NCBI GenBank assembly: GCA_003345595.1
Contig: PRDI01000102.1
Location: forward strand, 1-26,944
Length of the DNA: 26,944 bases
Direction of reading: 5' to 3'
Source: Candidatus Thorarchaeota archaeon
GTDB lineage: Archaea; Asgardarchaeota; Thorarchaeia; Thorarchaeales; Thorarchaeaceae
Part shown: in pieces, positions 19,273 to 26,944 of the stretch
Numbering within the stretch: the first letter of the stretch is position 1
How the letters are laid out: each line of letters begins with the position of its first letter
Notes under the pieces: generated by a model
What the model was told of the DNA's origin: nothing
The model's database searches: none
What the model saw: only the letters and a program-made list of their open reading frames with translations
Made by a program: the position numbers and the translations under genes

Positions 19273-21234
19273 CTATGCGACAACATCCAGGACGCCCTCA
19301 AGGACGAGTTTCGTGGCAACAAACTTCATTGCAGCAAGGCTCACGTTTACTTTCTTTACAACATCTTCGAGCGCTGTCGCTCCGTCGCAGAGGTCAACGA
19401 ACTGAACCACAACTTGTCCATACGCCTTCCTGTCATCTTCACCAACCTCATCCTTCTTCTTCAAGATGCTTTTAGGACCGATTTCTATCTTGAAGTCGAC
19501 CCATCCAAACTTTTCCATGATCTGCAGGCAACCTGTGACAGTTTCACGCGGCAGATCAAGTGTTCGGACAAGGCCCCCTACAGTGCTCGTGCCGTCGATA
19601 GCACCCTTAACCTGCACGAGGGCGCGACCCACTTCCCGGCTGTTGAACGGCAGTGGCTTTCCCGCTTCTCTTGCGCGTACTACGTAATCAAGACTGACTG
19701 GTCTCATTGGGAAGGAAGAGAGTACCTGGAAGACTGAATACTCGAACTTCTTGAGGTCCCCGTCCCAAGTCTCCCATGTGTCCTGATACTGCTGTTCGAC
19801 ATCGAGGAGCACGGACCTCATGGCGGCTCTCTGACTGTCCTCCTCACTGTTATTGGTAACCATGACTGCAATCACGAAGTGCTTCGACTTCTCGACCATG
19901 ACGAGATTGCCCTCGTGCTCTATCGTTTCAAGTGCATCGGTTCTCTCCGCATCATACCCCGTGTCCTTGTCAATACCTGCAAACGAGTCAAGGGCAGATA
20001 TCAATGAGGTGACCGATGTCGTATCTATCTCGTCTCCTGAGTAGCCGAGGTGAAACACTGGCTGGAAAGCTTCTCCCTGTTGAACTATGAATACCAAATG
20101 GAGTATCTTGGTTGGTCCGCCTCTTGCTGCTCCAGTCACTTCCACACTTGTTGATGCAGGTTCGGATTCCTGCCCGCCTATCGTTTCTGATGCCCCGATA
20201 GATGAAGCGGCTGCGCGGATATCCGATGATGCCTGATCTGGTCGCGCTTCCTCCTGGAAGGGAACAGCTTCATAGCCGACTTGAGCCTGTGCCTTTGCGC
20301 CTGTCCCAGCGGGACTCTGCGGGGCCTCTATCTCTTCGGTTCTACGACGTACGGTGATCATCTCACTGAGCGGCCTGTCAGGGAGCTGCACTCCTACAGT
20401 CTTAGCAGCAACCTCAAGCATGAATCTAATGAACTCCTCTCTACGAGTCTTGTCAGTAGCCACCATCGCGAATGTGGGAGCACCAAGGAGACGCTTGATC
20501 TTGTCAGCCTTCATTGACTCGGGCAAATCCTGTTTGTTAGCAACGATGAAGAGGGGTACAGCTGGAGCCTCTTTCCGAACGTTGCGGAGGAGTGTCTTTG
20601 TCTGCATTACGTTGCGGAAACTCGAGTCGGTTATCAGGAAAATGATGTCAGTGCCTTGGAAGTAGAAGGCCCAGAGGTCTTGGAAGACAGCCTGTCCTGC
20701 GAAGTCCCAGATGGTAACTAGGAATGTGCCAAACTGTATCGTTTCAGAACTGTCAACTGCCACATTTATCGTCGGCACATATCCTCCGGGGGCGGGTTCC
20801 TTTCCGAACAGAAGCCTAAGTAGTGTGCTCTTGCCGACACCGCCTGAGCCAACAAAAGAGATCTTGAATCTCGTAAAGATTAGTTCACCCAGTATGTCTT
20901 CCAGATTGTCGCGGATGTAGCCAATGCTGTTGCCCCGGAGGGCGGTCGAGATTCGGGATCCTCCTTCTCTCACCTTGTAGCTGATGACTCGGTCCTCGTC
21001 CCTCCCATCGGTGACAAACATCAGAAGCATCTCTTCGTCAACGACACTATGGAACACCTTGTGGGGACCCACGTAGACAGGAGTGTCCGAAGACAGCCCT
21101 TCTGTGTTTGCTAAGTCTCGATAGCCTGCCAAGAATTCCTGTATGTCTTGGTCTGTGAAGTCAATCCTCCAGAAGCGCGTCTTAGTCACAACTTTGCCAT
21201 CGGCTTTGTTTATCAGAATGACGTTGTGAATCAT
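19273..21234 (-). CDS. Multidomain small GTPase: longin-like - Arf-like GTPase - linker - longin-like - 2x winged helix
   Basis: G1 GSGGVGKST, G2 PT, G3 WDFAGQ followed by LWAFYF, G4 NKQD. The N-terminus MIHNVILINKADGK resembles sigma-adaptin/longin starts. The C-terminal region has SLISALDSFA (longin helix) and two DG..+..+..L...G.+ wHTH-like units. GGTGA SD upstream. The GTPase call is firm; the flanking domains are inferred. Confidence 0.88.
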   Translation of the reverse strand: MIHNVILINKADGKVVTKTRFWRIDFTDQDIQEFLAGYRDLANTEGLSSDTPVYVGPHKVFHSVVDEEMLLMFVTDGRDEDRVISYKVREGGSRISTALRGNSIGYIRDNLEDILGELIFTRFKISFVGSGGVGKSTLLRLLFGKEPAPGGYVPTINVAVDSSETIQFGTFLVTIWDFAGQAVFQDLWAFYFQGTDIIFLITDSSFRNVMQTKTLLRNVRKEAPAVPLFIVANKQDLPESMKADKIKRLLGAPTFAMVATDKTRREEFIRFMLEVAAKTVGVQLPDRPLSEMITVRRRTEEIEAPQSPAGTGAKAQAQVGYEAVPFQEEARPDQASSDIRAAASSIGASETIGGQESEPASTSVEVTGAARGGPTKILHLVFIVQQGEAFQPVFHLGYSGDEIDTTSVTSLISALDSFAGIDKDTGYDAERTDALETIEHEGNLVMVEKSKHFVIAVMVTNNSEEDSQRAAMRSVLLDVEQQYQDTWETWDGDLKKFEYSVFQVLSSFPMRPVSLDYVVRAREAGKPLPFNSREVGRALVQVKGAIDGTSTVGGLVRTLDLPRETVTGCLQIMEKFGWVDFKIEIGPKSILKKKDEVGEDDRKAYGQVVVQFVDLCDGATALEDVVKKVNVSLAAMKFVATKLVLEGVLDVVA

Positions 21235-21326
21235 GTCGCGCTCTCACCTGGGACTCTCGTGAACTGTGGCTTACTGGCTGCCCGGCTACGTTAGGGGCTT
21301 ATCGACATCATAGATAACCCTTCCCG

Positions 21327-23033
21327 CTATGAAGCTTTCAATGATGTACTCTTTTCTCCACTGAACTCCACACAACCTCGTTTGTGGAGTTCTGAGAACA
21401 CCATAATGAGGACGCTTGGAGCAACTCCCACGGTCTCGCCGATCTCCACTATGGAACGTCTGCCGTCAGCTAGAGTCAGGATTTCCTTGAGGTGTGAGTA
21501 CATAGAGAACAGCTCTCTATCGGGATCAGATACTATTGACGGGACGTCTGAATACGAAACAACAGACTTGGCATTGATGGCACCCATCTTCTTCAGCAGG
21601 TGAATTGCACCTAGAACCATTACGGGACCGCTTCCTGCTACGAGCTGTGATATATTCCTCTTGCCGTCCAGAGTATCCCAGACGGCCTTCAAAAAGTCAG
21701 ACACAGCACCCGACCGGAATCTGGACCATTCTGGCTCTCGGACTCTGTACGGAACCATGCGAGAGCCAAGGTGTTCGGGTGGTAATGTCGCTAGCAGTTT
21801 GACAGCAAAAGCCGGCGCAGTGTACAGGTCATCAGGGTCGCTGTGTATCTCGGGCGCCTCGTCGAAGTATAGGTCTGGTAAGAAGGAGAATCGTGACCGT
21901 ATGGACTCGACATCCTCTTTGTCACCGGTTATGAGAGTGAAGATGAGTCGCTCGCGTTCAATAATCGCGAACTTGAGGTCACCCGTTCGAAACACAGACG
22001 TCTTGTTTGGGCTTGTCGAATCAAGATCGAACATCGATATGGCGGCCACGACGTTGGGGGCCCTCTCGAGAACCTTTGACTTGGACTCGTAGTAGTAGGT
22101 GAACACCGGATCTCCTGTCTTCCTGTTGATCACGAAGAAAGCCTGATGACCAAGCACCTTCCCCGGAGCCGCCTTCGGTCGGGGTGAATCGACAGTACCG
22201 TCATCAATCACCCATGTCTCGCGTGCGAGCTCGGGATGCATGTCAGTCAGTCCGGCACTGGCAGTGACCGATAATAGAAGGTCGGTCGGCTGCCCGGCCA
22301 CAAAGTCGCAAAGTTGTATACCCAACTCGGTTTCGAGCTCTCTGGCCGCTTCAAGCTGATCGTCCGAACTAGGTATCACCAGGACAGGGATTGAGCTGCT
22401 CTTCCGAATCTTGGATAGCAGCTCTCTAAGAGTCTTTCCTGACATGGCAGGGATTCCAGTGACAACTGCCAGACAGTCGACTGATTTCGCCTCGATGGGC
22501 AGCCTCGCTCCGAGCATCTTGTCCGCAGAGAGCAGCGCCACACGGACAGCGAGAGGACCCAGCGGCCTTGGCTCGGAGAGCAGACCGGTCGCATCAAGCC
22601 TCTGCACGAGGCTCTTTACAGCGGTGCCCGACCTGTCCTCGGGGGACGGATTATCAGAGGAAATGAACCAGTAAGAAACCGGTTTTCTGAAGCATGAATC
22701 GAACTCACTGGCGAATGAACCTTTTATATCTCGGGGAATTCGGTCTCCAAGACGCTTCTTGAACTCAGTCATTCTCTGCAGGTCATCAGCGCTCACATCG
22801 CGAGTGTCACTGAATCCTATCACAAGCCCCATTTCACCAACTGGCAGCAGACAGACGCCAGAACCATTCATCGTCAGGGGGACGCATCTTCGCTTGGAGT
22901 CTGTCTGAACCAGCTCATGGTATTTTTCCACGGCAGACTGCACAAGACCTTGTTCGGGCTCTTTTCTCATGAAAGATGCTGAAGACACGACCCTGAAGCT
23001 CTTCAAATCATATAGAAGGGCTGCAACTATCAT
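21327..23033 (-). CDS. Paralog of the adjacent GTPase gene: longin-like - degenerate (pseudo-)GTPase - longin-like - 2x winged helix
   Basis: Starting at ATG 23033 (GGAG upstream; ORF track start 23048), MIVAALLYDLKSFRVV aligns with MIHNVILINKADGKVV. The C-terminal longin begins QAFFVINRKTGDPVFTYYY. The wHTH-like units are LDGKRNISQL..LKKMGAI and ADGRRSIVEI..LHKRGCV. Confidence 0.8.
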   Translation of the reverse strand: MIVAALLYDLKSFRVVSSASFMRKEPEQGLVQSAVEKYHELVQTDSKRRCVPLTMNGSGVCLLPVGEMGLVIGFSDTRDVSADDLQRMTEFKKRLGDRIPRDIKGSFASEFDSCFRKPVSYWFISSDNPSPEDRSGTAVKSLVQRLDATGLLSEPRPLGPLAVRVALLSADKMLGARLPIEAKSVDCLAVVTGIPAMSGKTLRELLSKIRKSSSIPVLVIPSSDDQLEAARELETELGIQLCDFVAGQPTDLLLSVTASAGLTDMHPELARETWVIDDGTVDSPRPKAAPGKVLGHQAFFVINRKTGDPVFTYYYESKSKVLERAPNVVAAISMFDLDSTSPNKTSVFRTGDLKFAIIERERLIFTLITGDKEDVESIRSRFSFLPDLYFDEAPEIHSDPDDLYTAPAFAVKLLATLPPEHLGSRMVPYRVREPEWSRFRSGAVSDFLKAVWDTLDGKRNISQLVAGSGPVMVLGAIHLLKKMGAINAKSVVSYSDVPSIVSDPDRELFSMYSHLKEILTLADGRRSIVEIGETVGVAPSVLIMVFSELHKRGCVEFSGEKSTSLKAS

Positions 23034-23108
23034 TCGCATACTCTCCAAGTCATGTTTGCCGTGTCATCCGCATGCTGGCTGCCTAGTTAGTGCGTGTACA
23101 TGGCCAAA

Positions 23109-24344
23109 TCAGTCTTGCTTATGGCGATAACGGAGAAACCCTTCTAGGGAGAGCTGACCTCTCATCATTCGTTGATAGTCAGACGAAACCTGATCCGAAT
23201 CGTACCTGCACACGCCGGCGCCGAAACCGGAGAGGATTGGAGGAAGGTCGGATATCGCCTCTCCGACTGTCACCGGAAGGGGCAATCCATCGGCTCCTTC
23301 TTCAGTTCCCATCGTATGATTTCTTGGCTCACAGGAAAGCAACACCTCGGGTCGCTGTGGTTGAACTCCTTTTCTGCTGCCCACTATGAAGATCCTTCTT
23401 CGTCTTTGGGGTACGCAGTACTGCTCGGCACGCAAAGCAAACCAATCGCTCCGGTACCCAAGCGAGCCCAGCATCTCCAGCACTTTCTGAAGAACACTGC
23501 CGCTTAACATCGAAACGATACCGGGTACATTTTCGAAGAGCACGTTCTCAGGCTGGAAACGCTCCACCAGCTTCATAGTCTCGAAAATCAATGTGTTGCG
23601 AGGGTCAGTGTGAGTCCACTTGCCTGCTATCGAAAAGCCCTGACAAGGAGGCCCCGCTGCCAAGAGTTGCAGAGTCTTCCCCGACAGTGCGTTCTCTATG
23701 CATTCTGTCAGCTTGATGAAACCTTGACCGTCAGTTATGTCAACCTGTAACACTTCGGAACTTGGATGGTTCAACGAATAAGTCGCGCACATGTTCGGGT
23801 TGATTTCCGCTGCGGCTACAATACTGTGACCAGATAGCCGCAGCCCTTCCGATAGACCCCCTGCACCTGCGAAGAGGTCAACGGTCCTGCCGGGCTTGAA
23901 CAAAGCTCCTGCTGCACGGGCGAGAAGCGGAGGGACTGCATTGCCTATCTGCTTGAAGATCGAAGAGAAGCTGCCTAAGAACCGGTAGCTATCCAAGAAG
24001 GACTGGAACCTCGCAGCCTCCCTTTGAGAAATGAGACGATTCTGCGTTGGATGGATGAAAGCCCCATTGCCAGGTCTGTTGAAGTAAGTGCTGATCGTGT
24101 AGCTCGGCATGTCATCGCAAAGGCGGCCATAGTAGGTGGTTCTTCCACCACTTTGCCGAATCTGCCTCAGTCTTGCCGATTTGTTCACAATGTCGGGCGG
24201 GATGTTTTTCCAATTTCCTCCTGGAGGTATGGCTCGGATCATCTCCATGTCTAGACTACTGACCCTTGCGCAGACATGGTTGTATACAAGATTGGCATCC
24301 TCTGCTTCATTTGCGCATTCTGTTGCGACGGACAACTCTACCAT
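23109..24344 (-). CDS. Circularly permuted C5-cytosine DNA methyltransferase (Alw26I/Eco31I/Esp3I-type)
   Basis: Order is TRD (PPGGNWKNIP, TISTYFNRPGNG), IX (RLISQREAARFQSF), X (QIGNAVPP), then I (DLFAGAGG), IV (GPPCQGFS), VI (ENVPG) and VIII (QRRRRIF). Confidence 0.92.
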   Translation of the reverse strand: MVELSVATECANEAEDANLVYNHVCARVSSLDMEMIRAIPPGGNWKNIPPDIVNKSARLRQIRQSGGRTTYYGRLCDDMPSYTISTYFNRPGNGAFIHPTQNRLISQREAARFQSFLDSYRFLGSFSSIFKQIGNAVPPLLARAAGALFKPGRTVDLFAGAGGLSEGLRLSGHSIVAAAEINPNMCATYSLNHPSSEVLQVDITDGQGFIKLTECIENALSGKTLQLLAAGPPCQGFSIAGKWTHTDPRNTLIFETMKLVERFQPENVLFENVPGIVSMLSGSVLQKVLEMLGSLGYRSDWFALRAEQYCVPQRRRRIFIVGSRKGVQPQRPEVLLSCEPRNHTMGTEEGADGLPLPVTVGEAISDLPPILSGFGAGVCRYDSDQVSSDYQRMMRGQLSLEGFLRYRHKQD

Positions 24345-24477
24345 CTCGACGCACGGCGGGGGCCTAGCAGAAGCGTCATGCTTCGGACAACATTCGGCCT
24401 AACGTACTCCGTGGCGTCTGGTTGGTATGTGAACCCTTGTAAGATGGAGGCAGCAGTGGCATATTGGCCTAGTCGCC

Positions 24478-26739
24478 CTATGATTGACCATGACGATGAT
24501 GCCCTGAGAGCTCTTTCAAGATACTCACTCTTTCATTCTCTGATGCGCCTCGTGAAGACAAGATATAGTGGACGTCATCCCTGCCCATACCATATAGTGC
24601 GAATACTGCAGATTCTATGATGCTCGCCGAGTCCATATCGCCCTTCAATACCTGGCCTACACAGTCAATTAGACGCCGGGCTGTTTCCTGTGATGCAGAC
24701 GAAGGGTCGACAATAGGAAGTGTAGCGAGCTCCCTGTTTGATACGTGGTTATTGGAGTTGCTGAGATCGAATCTCCAATTGAGGAGATACGAGTTCAGAA
24801 TGCCCATTAAGTAAAGAAGAAGACTCTGGTCTACGTCTCCTGAGATGGAAATGTAGTTGCATGAATTAGCAAGTACAGCCCTCGGAGGTATCGGTGCGAA
24901 CTTGAGCCGCCACCTCTGGGCTCTGTTTGATATCTGTTGGCATGCTATACGTGGTCTATTCAAGTGTTTCGTTCGTTCGGACGTGCCGAGCTCAACACTG
25001 AATCTATCGATGTCTACCGACTCTGATTTCTCGGAAGCAGGTGGCTGTAGCGAGTATCTGGATATGTGAGTACCTCTAACAAGTCTGCTTCCGGGCATAC
25101 CCAACAATATGTGCTTCCTATTTAGGGTCAGGTCCAGCTCCCCTCTGCGGCACTCAAGCCATTTCAGCGAGCCAAGCGTGGGATTGTGATGAAGCTGCTG
25201 CAGAATGGCCCATGCCTTGTCATCAACACGTGGGATTACCATTGCATTTCCCATTGCCTGTCGAATCGAAGCAACTGACATTCTCAATGGTCGACGACGG
25301 CCGGCCTCCTGAATGCTCCTCAGTCCAAAACAGGTGCCGAAAGCTATAGTCCCGAAGCCCTTCGTAAGAATTACGATGCTCTGCGATTGAGTCACGTCAA
25401 GAAAGAGCTTTGCCCCCTCCAGAAACTCATAGACACCCAGAACAGAGTGTTCCGTTAGGAGCAGTCGCCGAATGTGTTCGGCAGAAATGTCACCGAGGAT
25501 CGACGAGGGCACAATGAAGCCGACAGACCCTCCTTCACGGGTCAGACCAAGTGAGCGCTCGATGAACAGACGATAGGTGTCAATTGCATGCGAACTGCTG
25601 GCAGGGTACTCGCCTGATTCCTTGTAGAATCTTGCCTCTTCCTTTAGCTGTGATATGTACTCTGCATATCCACAGGTGTCTACTTTCGAACTGTCAGAAC
25701 TGAACTGTTCTCGCACGAATTCTGTCAGATTGGGTTTGAGTCTGTTGTAAGGAGGATTCATGACTACAAAGTCAAACCCTCCGTGCTTCTCGAACACATC
25801 AGGAAACTCGGCTCTCCATTCGAAAGAGCGCTTCGAGGCGGGATTCTCGAAATAGTGCGAGAAATCGCTGGTCCCGTCAAGACCCTTCAATGAGATTATT
25901 GAATTACCCTGTTTCAGAACAGACCCCATTCCCACCCGGGTCACAGGTACCTGCGTGGGATGGATCAGCAACGACATAGACACGTCTGCTATCTCAAGAG
26001 AGGCCGCGTCGAGATCGACCCCGAATAGATTCTTTCTGAAGGTTTCAAGCACAGTCGAACGCCAATATTGCCTGACTTCCTGACTGCTATCACCACGAGC
26101 AAATGCCTCATCCACAACTCTCTGTTCCCTCTGCAGAAGTGCATTTATCGCTGAAATCAGAAAAGCGCCGGGGCCGCACGCGGGGTCCAGCACCACGAGA
26201 GACAGAAGGGGAGTAAGAGCTTCGATGCCTTCATTCCGAACCCGACATATAATGGCATCAAAGGTTGGGCCCAATGTGTGCTCTACTATAAAGTCGGAAA
26301 CCTCCCTCGGTGTGTAGAACACGCCCAATGGTTTGCGCAGAGGGTTCTTCTGACCTGCGACGGGCAACAAGTGGCACCCCATCGAGTGGACCAAGCTCAG
26401 AAGGTCTGGCATATCTACCTGAGAAAGCAAGGAATAAACACGGCTGGCGTCATCATCCAATGAGTCCAGGCAGGAAAGAGCCAGACTCATGACCTGTGAG
26501 TGTTCCACCCCCTCTTCTTCGGCAGCCCATGATAGTCTGGAGAACATCGGACATGAAGCCTGAAGCAGTTCTGAAGCATCTATCCCAAGCTTGACTGCAA
26601 CAAGCCTCGTGAGTAGAGCAATCCTAGCGGCCTCTGCCACTGTTCTGAGGTTTCCCGGGACGAGATCGGCGCTCTTGAATGCATTGTTAAAGAACTGACT
26701 GATGACCGACCATGCAAGGTTTCTTACACCCTGTGTCAA
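24478..26739 (-). CDS. N6-adenine DNA methyltransferase, gamma class (Alw26I/Eco31I/Esp3I-family-like)
   Basis: Motif X GVFYTP, motif I LDPACGPGAFL, GVDLD, motif IV FDFVVMNPPY, then a C-terminal TRD (RGELDLT, CQQISN, LANSCNYI, GILNS, SNNHVSN). TTG start with an in-frame stop just upstream. Confidence 0.88.
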   Translation of the reverse strand: MTQGVRNLAWSVISQFFNNAFKSADLVPGNLRTVAEAARIALLTRLVAVKLGIDASELLQASCPMFSRLSWAAEEEGVEHSQVMSLALSCLDSLDDDASRVYSLLSQVDMPDLLSLVHSMGCHLLPVAGQKNPLRKPLGVFYTPREVSDFIVEHTLGPTFDAIICRVRNEGIEALTPLLSLVVLDPACGPGAFLISAINALLQREQRVVDEAFARGDSSQEVRQYWRSTVLETFRKNLFGVDLDAASLEIADVSMSLLIHPTQVPVTRVGMGSVLKQGNSIISLKGLDGTSDFSHYFENPASKRSFEWRAEFPDVFEKHGGFDFVVMNPPYNRLKPNLTEFVREQFSSDSSKVDTCGYAEYISQLKEEARFYKESGEYPASSSHAIDTYRLFIERSLGLTREGGSVGFIVPSSILGDISAEHIRRLLLTEHSVLGVYEFLEGAKLFLDVTQSQSIVILTKGFGTIAFGTCFGLRSIQEAGRRRPLRMSVASIRQAMGNAMVIPRVDDKAWAILQQLHHNPTLGSLKWLECRRGELDLTLNRKHILLGMPGSRLVRGTHISRYSLQPPASEKSESVDIDRFSVELGTSERTKHLNRPRIACQQISNRAQRWRLKFAPIPPRAVLANSCNYISISGDVDQSLLLYLMGILNSYLLNWRFDLSNSNNHVSNRELATLPIVDPSSASQETARRLIDCVGQVLKGDMDSASIIESAVFALYGMGRDDVHYILSSRGASENERVSILKELSGHHRHGQS

Positions 26740-26836
26740 CTCGAATCGTCAGAAACAGGGGCGCAGCATTCGTCAAAAACGTGTCGGACCCTCATCAAGA
26801 CTCCCGAGCGGAGAACGAACTCAAGATAGCACAGAG

Positions 26837-26912
26837 TGGAGCCGGCCAGGGGAATTGCACCCCTGTAGAAAGGATCTGCAGTCCTTCGCGTAAGCTACTC
26901 CGCCAGACCGGC
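26837..26912 (-). tRNA. tRNA-Cys (GCA), intron-less, CCA encoded
   Basis: The reverse complement folds as GCCGGTC-TG-GCGG-AGTAGCTT-ACGC-G-AAGGA-CTGCAGA-TCCTT-TCTAC-AGGGG-TGCAATT-CCCCT-GGCCGGC-T-CCA. It has a 7-bp acceptor stem (one U-G), perfect 5-bp anticodon and T stems, a GCA anticodon (26877-26879) and the U73 discriminator typical of tRNA-Cys. Confidence 0.95.
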
Positions 26913-26944
26913 TTCGAGAGAAGCCTCGCAGTTTCATGATATTA

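Noticed and set aside
19255-19737. 160-aa + strand ORF overlapping the GTPase 3' end
   Set aside because: It is almost entirely antisense to the wHTH-coding region and has no recognisable motifs.
19273-21234. Calling the GTPase a Rag, Roco or Rab ortholog
   Set aside because: Its switch II (WDFAGQ..LWAFYF) and NKQD are Arf-like. There is no COR domain, no roadblock domain directly after the G-domain and no C-terminal prenylation motif. Subfamily assignment needs a phylogeny.
23049-23108. Attachment-site duplication of the tRNA 3' end bounding the MTase cassette
   Set aside because: No direct repeat of the tRNA 3' sequence or integrase gene was found by eye, so no mobile element is called.
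24345-24480. Possible readthrough or frameshift fusion of the m6A and m5C MTases, as in fused Alw26I/Esp3I enzymes
   Set aside because: The genes are in different frames. There is a second TAG three codons after the m6A stop and an in-frame TAG at 24399-24401 upstream of the m5C start.
26702-26939. Short + strand ORFs at the right end
   Set aside because: They run antisense across the tRNA-Cys gene and the MTase start.

Overview
Archaeal chromosomal DNA, most likely from an Asgard archaeon and Thorarchaeota-like. This is inferred from gene content: longin-fused Arf-like GTPases, DLxPLxxC-type LRRs, a giant N-glycosylated DUF2341/LamG/Ig-repeat membrane protein and GGTGA/GGAG ribosome-binding sites. 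From left to right the window holds: a 5'-truncated giant type I membrane protein (>3,370 aa) with four 44-aa cytoplasmic repeats; a stand-alone PAS protein; a Kbl/BioF-family PLP enzyme; several small membrane or hypothetical genes; a HAD hydrolase; an LRR protein; nadA; a beta-CASP nuclease with a long unexplained N-terminal domain; a tandem paralog pair (19273-23033); an Alw26I/Eco31I-like m6A + circularly permuted m5C methyltransferase pair with no endonuclease; and a tRNA-Cys(GCA), not covered by the ORF track, with a non-canonical A18/G55 elbow. The best candidate for an undescribed system is the paralog pair. Both proteins read longin - G-domain - longin - 2x winged helix. One has an intact Arf-like GTPase and the other a fully degenerate pseudo-GTPase, and their C-terminal halves resemble NPRL2/NPRL3 (GATOR1). 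All family assignments come from motifs read by eye; no database searches were run.
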